Below, piece after piece: positions 24,501-38,830 of a stretch of DNA of 64,000 bases (position 1 is its first letter; each line of letters starts with the position of its first letter). Source of the stretch: Octopus bimaculoides (taxonomy: Eukaryota); NCBI RefSeq assembly GCF_001194135.2, contig NC_068982.1:133463545-133527544 (forward strand), written 5' to 3'. A program made the position numbers and the translations under genes. The notes under the pieces were generated by a model. It saw nothing but the letters and a program-made list of their open reading frames with translations, did not search any database and was not told where the DNA came from.

Positions 24501-27149
24501 AGAAAAGTAGTGTTTTCGTAATTTATAAATTATTTTTTCAGTTAATAGAAAAAAGGGTGGTGTCAGAGGTAAAAATCACTGATGCACAAATTGAATATAC
24601 TGTAAAACTGCTTTATTGATGGGGTTTCTTAAGATGCTTATTGAAATTAAAAATATCATTTATTTAGGTTTCCATTCATGGTAACCATATTTCATAAGTG
24701 GATTACAAAACTACCAGGATGTTTGAAAGTCAAATCTATACTTAAAAGAATGACTTGGGGCAATTTGTTTTGAAATGGTGAAAGAAACCTAAATGTTATG
24801 GCATATTCAAAATCCTAAATTTTAATTTTTAGAGAAAAAAAAAATAAAGCTGGCTACTGTGAAATAATATATTTTCTTTGTTAATATTTCATACTGCCTC
24901 TTGACCATTTACAAAGTAATCTTAATAAACAGACTAAGATATGAACAAATATCCTCTGACATCAAGTACAATTCTTAAATTATAAAAAAAAAATCCTATA
25001 AAAACTCAATTTCTCTACATTCCAGCATTATCTGCTGAAGTGGTAACCAATAAAATAAATCTCTTATCTACATCTTAACAGTACCAAAAAGAAAAAAAAT
25101 TTGCTAAAAGAAATTTCATGAACTGTAGCATGCATGTTAATGCAGTGATCATCTGACTTTAACAAATAAAGAGTATAAATAATTTTATATTTGTTTATTA
25201 TATTTTTTCTTTAAAGTACTAGTATTGATAGAAGAAATTCTTTCACTGGTTTATTATAGGGTTCCATACATACAGGACCAACTTTTTCAAGGATTTTAGT
25301 AAATAATTATACTGAATCCAGAATTACACACACACACACTAAACATATGTATGAAGAGCTATGGCAGTTCCTGTCTATCAAATTTTAGTCTGTGGCTGTA
25401 AAATGGATTTAAACACAGTACATGGCTTGGAAATAAACTTTTTTTTTTTTTTCTTTCTCAACCCACTTCCAATTCTGGGTCCTTCTGTCCAACCTACTCA
25501 CCTTATCACTCTTATTTTGATTTCCTTCTAGCTCTACCTAATCATGCCCCTACTCTCTTTTCTAAAATGTGAGTAGCCATGTAGCTAATCAACAAAAAGA
25601 AACTTGTTCTGCTCTGGACCCTTCTCATACTTTTAACCCTCATCTCCTTGTATAAAGCTTTACCCTCGGGTTCATAGTCATGCAAAATGCATGGCAAATG
25701 TGCTAGTGCTAAAAAAATAAAAAACTCAGTGGTTGCTGTTTGAAGGGTGTCCAGTTATAGGAGCCACACCAAATCATATACTGGACCGCAACACAATTCT
25801 TGAGTCCAGTGGATCCTGTCAAACTATCCAACCTAAGCCAACATAGATATTAAATGATGAAATGTCAATGTACATGGTGCTATAACTTTGAAATGTTTGG
25901 AAGCGAGACTGGGATATTAGTGATGTATACCCCTCCACGCAGTACTTTATTTTATTGACACCTCAGAGGGTCAAAAGGTTAAGCTGACTGCATTGAAATT
26001 AGAAAGCAGGAATGTATTGGGCTGCCTGGAAAGTTCATGCCAATTTATAGCAGCTTACCTTTCAACTTATTTGCCATGAAAGCACCTCAATTCTGGGAAG
26101 ATAGAGATGCATTGTGCAACAAAATGGTTCATATTTGATTGATTAAAAATGCAATGGCAAGTATTTATTGACCTTTTTCTTTCCTTTAAAAATCGGCACA
26201 AACTTTCCGGACAACCCAATAAAATACAGCAAGACATATCTGACACATCAACAATTCTGCCATCCCAACAATTTTACATATTCTAATCTAGATATAAGGC
26301 CAGCAAATTTGAGAGGATGACATAGTTGACAGGCACTATGTTGTTCATCCCTCTGGAGTCAATAAATTAAAGTTAAGTTGGCCTCAGTGTTGCAAAGCAT
26401 TTTTTTTTTTCAAATGCTCCACTAATTCTGCCAGTCCACCAAGTAATTGGTCATTTGTAAGATAAACACATGATTATTATAATACAAATATATCCCAAGT
26501 AAGTGGTGCCAGACCTTAATATACAAAAGTGAATGCATATTTCATGTTGTAGGCCTTAGCTTTGAACCTAGATAGCTGAAATCTATATACTACTAAAACG
26601 CTGTGATTGCTTGTCTAATTTAATATAGCCAAACTGGTGCATAATGGGGGGAAATACTCTGAAAGGTACCCCTGAAATGTGAATACAAATGGAATAAAAC
26701 AAGTTGCACATAAATTAAACCATGGATTCCTGAGGCATGCATTTTCTTTTTTTTGGGGGGAAGGGATACCTTCATAAATAGCAAAAACAGTGCATAATGG
26801 GAAAATACTCTGACAGTAACAACCCTAAAAAATACAGATTGTTTGTACAGTGAGTATTTATATTTCGGCTTTCTTTAAACAGAAAATATTTTAAAACTAT
26901 TAAGTGATGATTGGAAAAAAAATATTTTCTGAGATAATAGGAATTTTTTTTTCTAAGGTGAACAAGATTTTCTATTCATAGATCATGCCTCGATGAGGAA
27001 GAAAGAAAACATCTGGTTGGTCTATAGATGGTGGGAAGAGAGCATGGCTAAGGTGAGCAAGATACTGGTGAACACCAACAAGATTGGGACAGGCATGCGA
27101 ATAGAAGGATTGATGAGACTGCTAAAGGAAGGGCTGAGCGTTTGGTAGA

Positions 27150-27890
27150 ACAGGGGGAAAAGAGACAAGCAGGAGAGCTCATGAATTGGATGCTTAGGGA
27201 ACTGAGTCTGGTGGGAGAGATCATGAATCGGACGCTTGGGTAGCTAAGAGTCTGGTGGAACAGAGAGAAAGAGACAAGCAGGAGAGATCATGAATTGGAT
27301 GCTTAGGGAACTGAGTCTGGAGGGAGAGATCATGAATCGGACGCTTGGAGAGCTGAGGGTCTGGTGGAACAGAGAGAAAGAGACAAGCAGGAGAGATCAT
27401 GAATTGGATGCTTAGGGAACTGAGTCTGGAGGGACAANNNNNNNNNNNNNNNNNNNNNNNNNNNNNNNNNNNNNNNNNNNNNNNNNNNNNNNNNNNNNNN
27501 NNNNNNNNNNNNNNNNNNNNNNNNNNNNNAGTCTGGTGGAACAGAGAGAAAGAGACAAGCAGGAGAGATCATGAATTGGATGCTTAGGGAACTGAGTCTG
27601 GAGGGACAAAGGTGGGAGAGATCATGAATCGGACGCTTGGGGAGCTGAGAGTCTGGTGGAACAGAGAGAAGCAGGAGAGATCATGAATTGGATGCTTAGG
27701 GAACNNNNNNNNNNGGACGCTTGGGGAGCTGAGAGTCTGGTGGAACAGAGAGAAGCAGGAGAGATCATGAATTGGATGCTTAGGGAACTGAGTCTGGAGG
27801 GACAGAGGTGGGAGAGATCATGAATCGGACGCTTGGAGAGCTGAGAGTCTGGTGGAACAGAGAGAAAGAGACAAGCAGGAGAGGTCATGA
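27150..27890. repeat. Complex minisatellite, ~109-120 bp units, each of two diverged subunits; two N-gaps
   Basis: cagagagaa recurs at 27261, 27370, 27542, 27662, 27746 and 27858; gagatcatgaat(t/c)gga(t/c)gctt occurs twice per unit. Confidence 0.93.
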
Positions 27891-28622
27891 ACTTGTAAAC
27901 CAGACTTGTGATGACACAAATGAATTGAAATATTTAACTGAATTGTCATAAAATAAACTTTCATTTCAATGCAATGGTGAAATCAGCTTCAATGTTTTAT
28001 AACCTGAACTATCAGTGACCCAATGGGTCATGGGTAGTCTAGTTGTTCATAAAATTACATCTTTTCAAGGACGCTATAAGCTTTGCAACATTTTTCTGGA
28101 ATTTGTTAGTTTTAGCTCTTGATAAAAAAAAAAAAATACATACTACAATAGACATGAAAAATTACTAAGAAAGTAATACAAGTGGAAATTAGGAGAAATT
28201 ACTAGAAATACAATTAAAATAATTTTAATTTTGACCCAAATATTACAGCAAACAATTTAGATGTATTATTAATTACAATAATATTCATTTCTTTTTCATT
28301 TGATATAAAGGCAAATGTGAAGTCCTGTCATTTTCCATTTATCCAAAGGCTGTGTAATGATCTGGGAATTGAAACTGGCTTGCAAACTCAGCTGGGGGAG
28401 CTAATCTTTTGTTTTCACAATGATTGCAATAATAGACACATGACCTCAAATTTTTAGGGAAAGACACTGAGGTTGTGTGATGTTCATGCTTTAAATGACA
28501 TGAGCGTAAAGTAGAATAGCTTCAACCAAGAAGCAAAACCAGCATGTGGACTGAGTTTACCAAGAGCTTAGCTCTTATGTTACAGCTATTATTATAACAA
28601 TAATATTAATAAAGGACTAAAG

Positions 28623-28712
28623 TTATACTGATTTCACAACAAGTGGATTCGATAGTCGGAAAATACTTGGAAGCATGTTGCTGATGTTGGCAAACATTTC
28701 CTCTGACATTCC
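28623..28712 (-). CDS. C12orf4: C12orf4/FERRY3 last coding exon
   Basis: ctttcag|GGA...GTA TAA; [29 protein letters not shown]. Confidence 0.95.
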   Translation of the reverse strand, partial: GMSEEMFANISNMLPSIFRLSNPLVVKSV

Positions 28713-31700
28713 CTGAAAGAAGAGAAATAAAATTTGGTTTGATTCTCTGAGAGAAGAGATATTTTTTTTTTTTTGAGAGCATGAAAGAAAATTTAAAATG
28801 CAATAGTTAAACATTAAAGACACATTAGTATACTCTATTAACATATTCTTGCAATGTCATCAATTTGATGTTATGATTTATTAGGTACATATAAGAAGAC
28901 ATCTGTTGTGAGGAATATAACCAATTTAACCTTTTTAACAACAACAACCCATCTTAATCTACTTTTGGTTCTATGTTACAAATTCCCCCATTTTAAAGTG
29001 ATCAAAATTAAAACTTCTCATCAAACTGTTTTTGATTTATTGAGTTGGTCAAAAAGTCTGGTCAATTTTTATTGACATTAAAATTCAAACACTCTAATAA
29101 ATAACTTCAGTCTGTTCCTTGCGCATGCATACTTGTGAGATACTTGACACTTCAACATAGATACAAACTTGTGATGAGACAAATATTTTTTGTGCTTGGG
29201 GTTATCTCGAAAATGAAGAACAAAAATTAAAATTATTGATACCTCATGCTTTTCATTTTAGAAATGGCAAGAAAACAGCACAAACCTGCAGTAAGACATG
29301 TGCCATGTATGGAGAGGATGCTATTACAAAATGTGTGTGCTAGAAGTTGTTCCCAAAATTTCGATTGGGAAATTTTTCAGTTCAAAATGCACCTCACTCT
29401 GGCCAGCCAACTGAGATTAACAACACCAACCCCTGGTCAAATGGCCAGGATAATCCATATATTCCCCAAATAATCAAATCAGGTGGTGAAAACCATCAGT
29501 AGGCTCTGTGTTTGGGCCCCACATCAGTTGAATAAGGCTAATCTTGCCCAATGGATTTCCATCTGCATGGCATTAGGAAAGGCATTCAGTCATAGAAACC
29601 AAGCCAAAGCAGACTGGAGCCTGGTGCTGCACTTAGGCTTATCATCTCCAGTCAAACCAACCAACCAACCAACTCATGGATAACAGACATTAAATGATGA
29701 TTTTTTTGAAGAGTATGGTGACAGGGGATGAAACACCACAAATAAACAAGGATGACTTCACCAAAAGAAGGTTGTGCTTAAATTTGGTGGGATTGAAAGA
29801 GTGTTGTTTTTTACAAGCTTCTTCTCACAGACAGAACCATCAATTTAAATGTGTGCTGTGACCAGCTGGACTAATTAAATGCAGTGGTCTACCAGTATGT
29901 GCTAATCATAAAGGCATTGTTTTTCATCACAACAATGCCAGACCATACACTTCTTCACAGATGCAGCAGAAGTAACTGAAGCTTGGCTGAGAAAGTTTGC
30001 CACATCCTTTATATTCACCTTTAGATTTGGTCTCTTAAAAATTCATTAAATGGGCACACGTTAAATAATGAAGAGGATATAAAAATTCACCTGGAAGAGT
30101 TTTTTGCCAGAAAAGACAAGAAAATCTTTGAGCAGGTGATAATGAATCTGCCTACAAGATGCCAAAAGATACTGGAAGGAAACGGTAATTATATCCATTG
30201 ACTGAATAAATTGCTTTATATTTAAAACTTGTCTTATTTTTACTTTAGGAAAACAAAAAGACTTTTTGGCCAACCCAATACATTCCAAACAGCTTAATAA
30301 TGACATTGCTTTGCTATTTTACTAAATTCTTCATTTTTTCCAAAGTTAACTGAACAAAGGTAATGTATTTCAACAGAAATCTAGTAATGAAAGAGTTAAT
30401 CACCTTCCACCTACATTGGTGTACGAAGGATAAAAGCATAATTGACAGTGGTCTGATTTAAATTCTGGATGCAGAGAAGACTTAGACTGGTGATGTGCTA
30501 AGGTAGTATCTTTGCCTAATCGAACATTCTGCCCTCCTCTGACAAAACAATAAGTAAAAGAAAAAAAAAAAAAAACCCCTCAAAACTGGGGTAATTGCAA
30601 AGAACTGAAAAAATATTATCCTAATTTTTTTTCAATTTGCAGTGTGTCATAGGTTGCTGTTTAATGAAAAGATGAAACTTTTCCAAGATCATATATTTAG
30701 AATGTATGAGGTATGGTCCAGGTAATTAAATATCAATTCTCTGACAAAACACAGTAAGTTGACTTACTGTTGTTTTGTTGAAGGGTGATAGCATTTTACT
30801 TTGGAAAACACAAAAGAAGGAAATATTCTATGCTTAATTTTAAATATGAATCAGCCATGTGTTATTCTTATCAAACTTTTATATTTCCTGCAAGAAAGAC
30901 GTTTGGTCTCTTGCAACAACATGATGAAAGTGTGCCATTATATGATTTCAACCTGGAAATGTATTGGAAATAACAGACAGGATAGTGAAGATAGAGTTTT
31001 CATTTTCATTCCAATTCTGCAGAATATCTCACAAACTGAGTTTGATGAAGTTGTTTAATTAAGGAAAGATTTAATCTGAACATTGCCAGCTAATGAAATA
31101 GTTGTTAGTTAAACCATAGCTCTAGTACATACTACAGGCAAACTGTGCTAGCAACAGTTTAGATCAGGGGTTCTCAACCATTTTAATCTATGGATCCCTT
31201 TGATTACTACTTTATTCTTAGCCATTGAATGTTTAAAAGCTAGTTTTATAGAAACTTCTTTCAAAATTCCTATTTTATTTATCACTTGTGTAGGCTGAAT
31301 TATGTAAAAGGTTAGGGAAAGAATCCTAGCTGTTTCTTGCAATACATACCAATACATACGTCTAAAGCAAGATTTTTTCAGGGGCCCTTAAAATACTTTT
31401 GTGGACCCCTAATTTACAATTTTGTTGCATGGACCCCAGTTGAGAACAACTGGTTTAGATAGTCTTTTTTACATTTCATTTTTGAGTTTTGGGACACAAT
31501 GCAGTAATGATGACAAAATAGAAATAGCAGCATCCATTTGCAAGATAAACTAGAACCTTTCAGCATAATTGATTGCTTTTTTTTTTTTTTTCAATTGTCT
31601 AAATTTACTTCTTTTAAAATCTGTAATGACAGTAATTTCTAGCACATCATATCAACACATAACAAGATGGTCACAATTCTAAAACTAGTATGTTGGGTTA

Positions 31701-34700
31701 AATAAAACCTTCGAATTCATATATTTTTTTAAAAACTAAAATAACAGAAAAAATGCTAAGTTGTTTTCATGAATTCATAATTAAGCTTCCTGTGTGATCT
31801 AAATTCCCTACTACTGACTTAATATTATAGTTCTTAGTATATAATGAAATAAGTTCTGTGCCCCCTGACTGGCTCCTGTGCCAGTGGAACGTAAAAAGCA
31901 ACCACTACACTCTCAGAGTGGTTGGCATTAGGAAGGGCATCCAGCTGTAGAAACCTTGCCAGATCAGGTTGGAGCTGGTGCAGCCCACTGGCTTGTCAGA
32001 CCTCAGTCAAACCGTTCAATCCATGCCAGCATGGAAAATGGACGTTGAATGATGATGATGCTGCATCAGATGGTTGCAAAAGATTTTAAACGATCACCTT
32101 TTTATAACCTCCACTCCCAAAAGATCATGAATAGTTCAAGTAATTACTCCAATTAAATCTTTAATAGCAAAAAGTTTCAATACAAAAGCAACAGACAATG
32201 TCTTTAAAAAAGTTTTACTTACCGGTGGCACTAAGAATTGAATTGTCCGTGATTCAAGGCCACCCCAAGTTGCCATCTCCATCATGAAACCTTTTACACA
32301 TTTAAATATTAACTCAACACGTTTCAAACACCAAGAAACAGTCATTTCCTGCAACAAATACAAAATTGTATAAATTTGAATTAAAATTATCTATAATTGT
32401 AAAAATTATAATTACCTATAATTACTACCATTCTATTTATTTTCATTCTGTAATAGTTTTTTCCCCCCATAACAGCCATCTCCCATTTGTTATTTCATTG
32501 ATTTTACAAAATGTCACAAAAGTTTCAATAGCTGAATATTCATATTTCAATAAAAACAAAAACTAAGAAATACACTAATAGGTTGAACTTTCTAACATCT
32601 GCCACTTCATACAACACATGGTTAGTCCTTACAACTTTTGATATAGTACACCCAATCAACTACACACATTCAATCACACGCAGCAATACACACATTATAC
32701 TAATTTATCTGCAAAGCATTTACTGTTACCTTGATTACCAATAATCGATTAGAATTAATTTTTATTCAGCATCAGATGTTGTCAAAACCCTTTGAAATAA
32801 TTAGTTTCATTGTGATTTTCCACCCAATGATACAGATGTTTGAGGGATGATATGTAACTAATATCCCAGTTCAAAAAGACTACGTGGAACAGTTTGAGTT
32901 CACTTGTGAAGAGTGAAGAATTTAATAGTGTTATTGGCCAACATCTGTGAGTGAGAGAGAGAGAGAGAGAGAGGGGAGAGAGAGAGAGAGAGGGGGGNNN
33001 NNNNNNNNNNNNNNNNNNNNNNNNNNNNNNNNNNNNNNNNNNNNNNNNNNNNNNNNNNNNNNNNNNNNNNNNNNNNNNNNNNNNNNNNNNNNNNNNNNNN
33101 NNNNNNNNNNNNNNNNNNNNNNNNNNNNNNNNNNNNNNNNNNNNNNNNNNNNNNNNNNNNNNNNNNNNNNNNNNNNNNNNNNNNNNNNNNNNNNNNNNNN
33201 NNNNNNNNNNNNNNNNNNNNNNNNNNNNNNNNNNNNNNNNNNNNNNNNNNATATATATATATATATATATAAATAACATCATTAAACATTCATCTTCCAA
33301 GCTGGCATGGGTTGGATGATTTGGCAGGAGCTGGAAAGCCAGAGGTCTGCTACAAACTACACTGCTTATTTTGGCATTGTTTTTACAGTTGGATGCCCTT
33401 CCTAATGCCAACCACTTTACCACAACAACACAATATTTCGATTGCAATCATAATATACTACCAAGAATATTAAAGGTTTACAAGTCAATATTGTGTCTCA
33501 CATTTTGTGTTAGCAGTGTGATATTCTCATTAAGTAATGGATTTTCTATGGAATTTACAGCTAGCACTATAAGTTACATTTCATATATGAATATGTCTAT
33601 GTGAACAATGCCATAAAAGATAGAAAAAAATAGGAAATAATAAAACATAAAATAGAAAAAATTTACCCATTTTTCTATCTTTGATTGCATTTTTACATAG
33701 ATGTACTTGTATATGAAATATCATAAAGTTCTGGTCCTGAATTCTATAGAAAATCTATAGTATATCACTTAAATATATATATATATATATATACATACAG
33801 GCACAGAATGTCTCATAATAATGAAACATATATATGTAATAAATGTGCTTATTCCTGTCAATATAACCCATCATTATGAAACACTGTGTGTGGTGTGTGT
33901 GTGCGTGTAAAAACTACTAAAGCCATCACTTGCAAGTGATTTAATAGCATGCACCATGTTTTCACTAACAGTTTTCGGTTACCTGTGTTCTTGCTATTGA
34001 AATACCCTAACTATCGTCATCATCATCATCATCATCAACAAACAACAAATAAAGAAAGGAGAAAAAAACGATTGATATATTTATACTAAGAATCAGAACC
34101 TGACTTAAAAATCAGTTAAATAAATGAGTACCTCATCTATTAGATGAGAGGCTAAGATCATAAAGACAAAAAGATTTGAGTTACTTACTTCAGTCATTTC
34201 ATGTGAAAGCAGCAGCGGAATTGTAAGTGTAAGAATGTCATATCGGAAGCAGACTTTCAGGATGTTACGAAGAGATAGGATGGTGGGATGCCTGGATGTG
34301 ATTTCTGGTGACCGAACACTGTCGTCTACGACCAAGTGAAACATGACATGAACTTCAGATAGATTGGAATGTTTTGTAATATATACATCTCCTGTCTGTA
34401 GTTTTGATGTTTTATCCTGGAAATAAGAATCATTTGTTAATTTTTTTGGAATCTAATCCGATAACTAGGATGGAGTATTTACATGAGATACTCATTCAGT
34501 AAACTGTTTCCAAAGTGGATTTCATTGACACACATTAATTCTGGTCTTAGATCTATCATGAGCCTACATGCTTATAGGCCAGTACCTATCCTGGTTCCCA
34601 TAACATATGTAACCAGAGCTACAACACTTACCCCTGAATAGAACACCAGTCTATCACAGTGTTAATTCCCTGTTGTTCTTCGTACTCATTTTTTCAGTTG

Positions 34701-35668
34701 AATGAACTGGAGCATGGTGAAATGAAGTGCTTCGCTCAAACACACAATCTGCTACCCAATCTGGATGTCATAAGTCCAGCACCCTAGCCACTTGGCTATG
34801 TGTCTTCATTAATGCAAACATGAGGATTAATTCTATAGACTGTAATCTCATTTCTACAAAACCAGATGGTTTCATTAGTCAAAAGAAATATTACTGAGCC
34901 GGCAGAACCATTACCACACCAGACAAAATGTTAAGCAACATTTCATCCATCTTTATGCCACAAAAGTTCAAATGCCATGAAAGTCACCTTTGCCTTTCAT
35001 CCTTTTGGGGTCAATGAAACAAGTACCAGTCAAGCACTGGGGTTCATGTAATGACCAGCCCCACTCTTCAAATTGCTGCTTTTGAGTCAAAATTATTATA
35101 ATTTCATAATTATATATAATGATAATTGCAGATGGTCACTTTGAAAGAGCTTCTAATAACCAACAAAATGTCAGCAACTCAGACATAAAGAAAATATATT
35201 GGAGTCAACTCAACTGGATTTACATCCTAAATATTTGTAGCAATTGCACCAGTTGGAGTGTTTGCAGAAATGGCAAAGCATCAAACAGCATTCTGCACAA
35301 TACTTGACTTTTGTTTTATGCTCTGAGTTCAAATCCACCACCACCACTGCCAGGCTTGACATTGTTTTACATTGTCTTACTTGGGAGAAGGGTTTAATAA
35401 AATATGTATGGAGCAGATACTGGAGTCAATGTGAATCTGTGATGCGCCAATGTAAAACAAACAGAATTGTTAGAATGCAGGAAAAATTGCATTGCAGAAT
35501 TTCTTCCATTTCTTTACATTCTGAGTTCAAATAACGCCAATGTTAATTTTGCTTTTCACCCCGCTTGGATTAATAAAATAAGGCACAAGTCAAGTATTGG
35601 AGCCAATGATATTGCTTACACTTTCTTTTCCCTGAAAATTGCTGGCCTTGTGCCTAAATCATCATCAC

Positions 35669-35707
<39 letters not shown>

Positions 35708-38700
35708 GGTGGCAAGCTGGCAGAATCATTTGCATGCCAGGCAAAATGCTTAGTGGCATTTCGTCCGTCTTTACATTTTGAGTTCAAATTCCCCCATGGT
35801 TGACTTTGCTTTTCATCCTTTTGGGGGGTCAATAAAATAAGTACCAGTTGAACACTGGGGTCGATGAAATTGATTCATCCCCTACCCCAAAATTACTGCC
35901 CTTGTGACAAAATTTGAAACCATTATTATTATTATTATTATCATTATTATTAAGGTGAATCAATGAAATTGTTAAAACATTGAAAAATGATTTGCAGTAT
36001 TTGTTCCATCTCTTTACATTCTGAGTTTCAATCCTGCCAAAGTTAACTACCTTTCTGGGGTTGATTTAATTCACACCCAAACTCCCCTTAATATTGTTGG
36101 CCTTATGCCTAACTTAGAAGTCATTATTAATGGCTTCTAATTTAGTAATGATTCAGTATTGTTATCATTATTATTATTATTTGAACAATAATATGTTTAT
36201 TACCTGACCATCACTGTTGCTGCTGCCAAAACTTTTGACACTTGTTGATTCAACTGCTTCTGGATCAGAAGACTTTCTCAGCATACTCCAGTCATTAGCT
36301 AAACTGATCTGAGATTCTATTAGGGCAAACTGCTGCTCCAGATCAAGAAAATGGAAATCTGTTGCTTGATCACACACACGAGCAAATTCTAAGTAAAAAT
36401 CATGATTAAGGAGATTAGAAAACAACAAAATCTAAAAGGTCATGTACATGTAATGTCTCATGCATGCTTTAGTAATTCATTTTTCCATGGCTTTTTAAAG
36501 ACCCTTTAGAGACCAGTATTCTTTCAGCCAATTTGACTGTATAAACAGAACTTAAAATCTTTCACATTCTTTTCTTCAACAGACCTCAGTACTACAATTT
36601 CCTATTCATTTCAACTAGTTTAAATAACAAGACATATTGAAGCTTTCCTGCTCATTACATATTCTATTTATGTCAGCAACGTTATCTACTTTCATTACAT
36701 ATGACACTCTAAAGGAACTTTAATTCAAAGTAGATACAAATAACACTATTTCTACAATTCTGAATTACATATTAGACTTTACAAACAGAGATATACATAT
36801 AGATATATATTCATCATCGTCCATGCTGGCATGGGTTGGACGGTTTGACCATGGCTGGTAAGCTGAGGGGCTGCCACAGTCTCCAGTATGAGTTGACATG
36901 GTATCTATGGATAGATGCCCTTCCTAACACCAACCACTCTGAAAGAGTAATGGGTGCTTTTGTGTGTCACCAGCATGGGTGTCAGTAGTGTGACACCAGT
37001 ATCTGTCACAACTATGATTTCACTTGGCTTGATGGGTCTTCTCAAGCACAGTCTATCGTCAAATGTCTCAGTCACTAGTCATTGCCTCCAACATTTGAAG
37101 ATCATACTTTACCACCTCATCCCATGTCATCCTGGGTTTCCCTCTTCTACAACTTACCTCCACTGTTAGAGATTGAGACACTTCTTCACACTGCTGTCCA
37201 AATTCATACACGTCACATGACCATACCAACGAATTCGTCTTTCTTGCACACCACATCTGATGCCTCTTATGCCTAACTTTTCTCTCAAGATACTTACACT
37301 TAGTCGTACATGCACACTGACACTGCACATCCAGTGAAGCATACTATATTCATTTCTTTCAAGCCTACACATGTCCACAGCAGTCACAGCTGAGGACATA
37401 TATATATATATATAAGATCAGGCCTCCAAATAAAATATATGAGATAGACGAAAGATGGAAGGGATACTGGGAGCTGGCCACGGATTTGGGAAGTCTAGCA
37501 ATTTTTCCACTTATAAAAACAACAAAAAGACCAGACGTAGTCATATGGAACACAGAACAGAGAATAGGGATCTTGCTAGAACTGACAGTACCATGGGAAG
37601 AAAACATCGACAATGCAGAGAAACGAAAGGAGAAGAGATATGAAAAACTAATCGAAGAGTGCAGAGAACAGGGATGGACTGTCGAGTACTACGATTTGGC
37701 AGTGGGGGCANNNNNNNNNNNNNNNNNNNNNNNNNNNNNNNNNNNNNNNNNNNNNNNNNNNNNNNNNNNNNNNNNNNNNNNNNNNNNNNNNNNNNNNNNN
37801 NNNNNNNNNNNNNNNNNNNNNNNNNNNNNNNNNNNNNNNNNNNNNNNNNNNNNNNNNNNNNNNNNNNNNNNNNNNNNNNNNNNNNNNNNNNNNNNNNNNN
37901 NNNNNNNNNNNNNNNNNNNNNNNNNNNNNNNNNNNNNNNNNNNNNNNNNNNNNNNNNNNNNNNNNNNNNNNNNNNNNNNNNNNNNNNNNNNNNNNNNNNN
38001 NNNNNNNNNNNNNNNNNNNNNNNNNNNNNNNNNNNNNNNNNNNNNNNNNNNNNNNNNNNNNNNNNNNNNNNNNNNNNNNNNNNNNNNNNNNNNNNNNNNN
38101 NNNNNNNNNNNNNNNNNCCTAGCAGCGGGAAATTTAGACAGTGTCACGTGACAACTAGCTGGGGCTGCCTGCTGGAGCCTAGCAGCAGATATAAAAAGGG
38201 GAACTTGACATGACGATCAGTCGGACGCTGACACTCATTGATGCTGCATCGAAGAGGCCAGGGAATAGAAGAAAGAAGACATACACCCAACACCAGAGCT
38301 GAAGACACCTCCGAAAGGAGGGGCCCCGCCACGTCAAAACGGTAGAGGAGTAGGGGCCGAAACCAGACGTGGTTCCTCCTGATGATGTCTTGAGCTAACT
38401 GGATCCTATAAAGGAGCTGTTGTGGTAGCAGACCATGAAACATGGTTGAAATTCCTCCTATATATATACCAGCAGTATTCATTTTGAGGGTCTATTATAT
38501 ATATATATATATATATATGTCATCATCATCATAACATCCACTTTTCTATGCTTACATGGGTTAGATAAAACTTGTTGAGGCAGATTTCCCATGGCCAAAT
38601 GCTCTTTCTGTCTCTAAGCAAGCTAATATTTCCCCATGGCTAAATATGTTTACACAGAATAATAGCAATAAATGATATTGCTTATATGATAGTGTCACTC

Positions 38701-38793
38701 ATTTACAATTATCACTCGATCTCAACACAAGATGACAAAACATACATACAAAGACACACATATACATATGTGCATACACACATCTATCTATCT

Positions 38794-38830
<37 letters not shown>

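Noticed and set aside
27330-27888. ORFs in the minisatellite on both strands
   Set aside because: Products of tandem repeats and N-gaps; stops recur in each unit and there is no homology.
27150-27890. CRISPR-like repeat-spacer appearance
   Set aside because: The intervening sequences are themselves repeated, the context is eukaryotic, and there are no cas genes.
35467-35781. ORF with poly-Leu, signal-peptide-like stretch
   Set aside because: (ATT)n tract between family B SINE copies.
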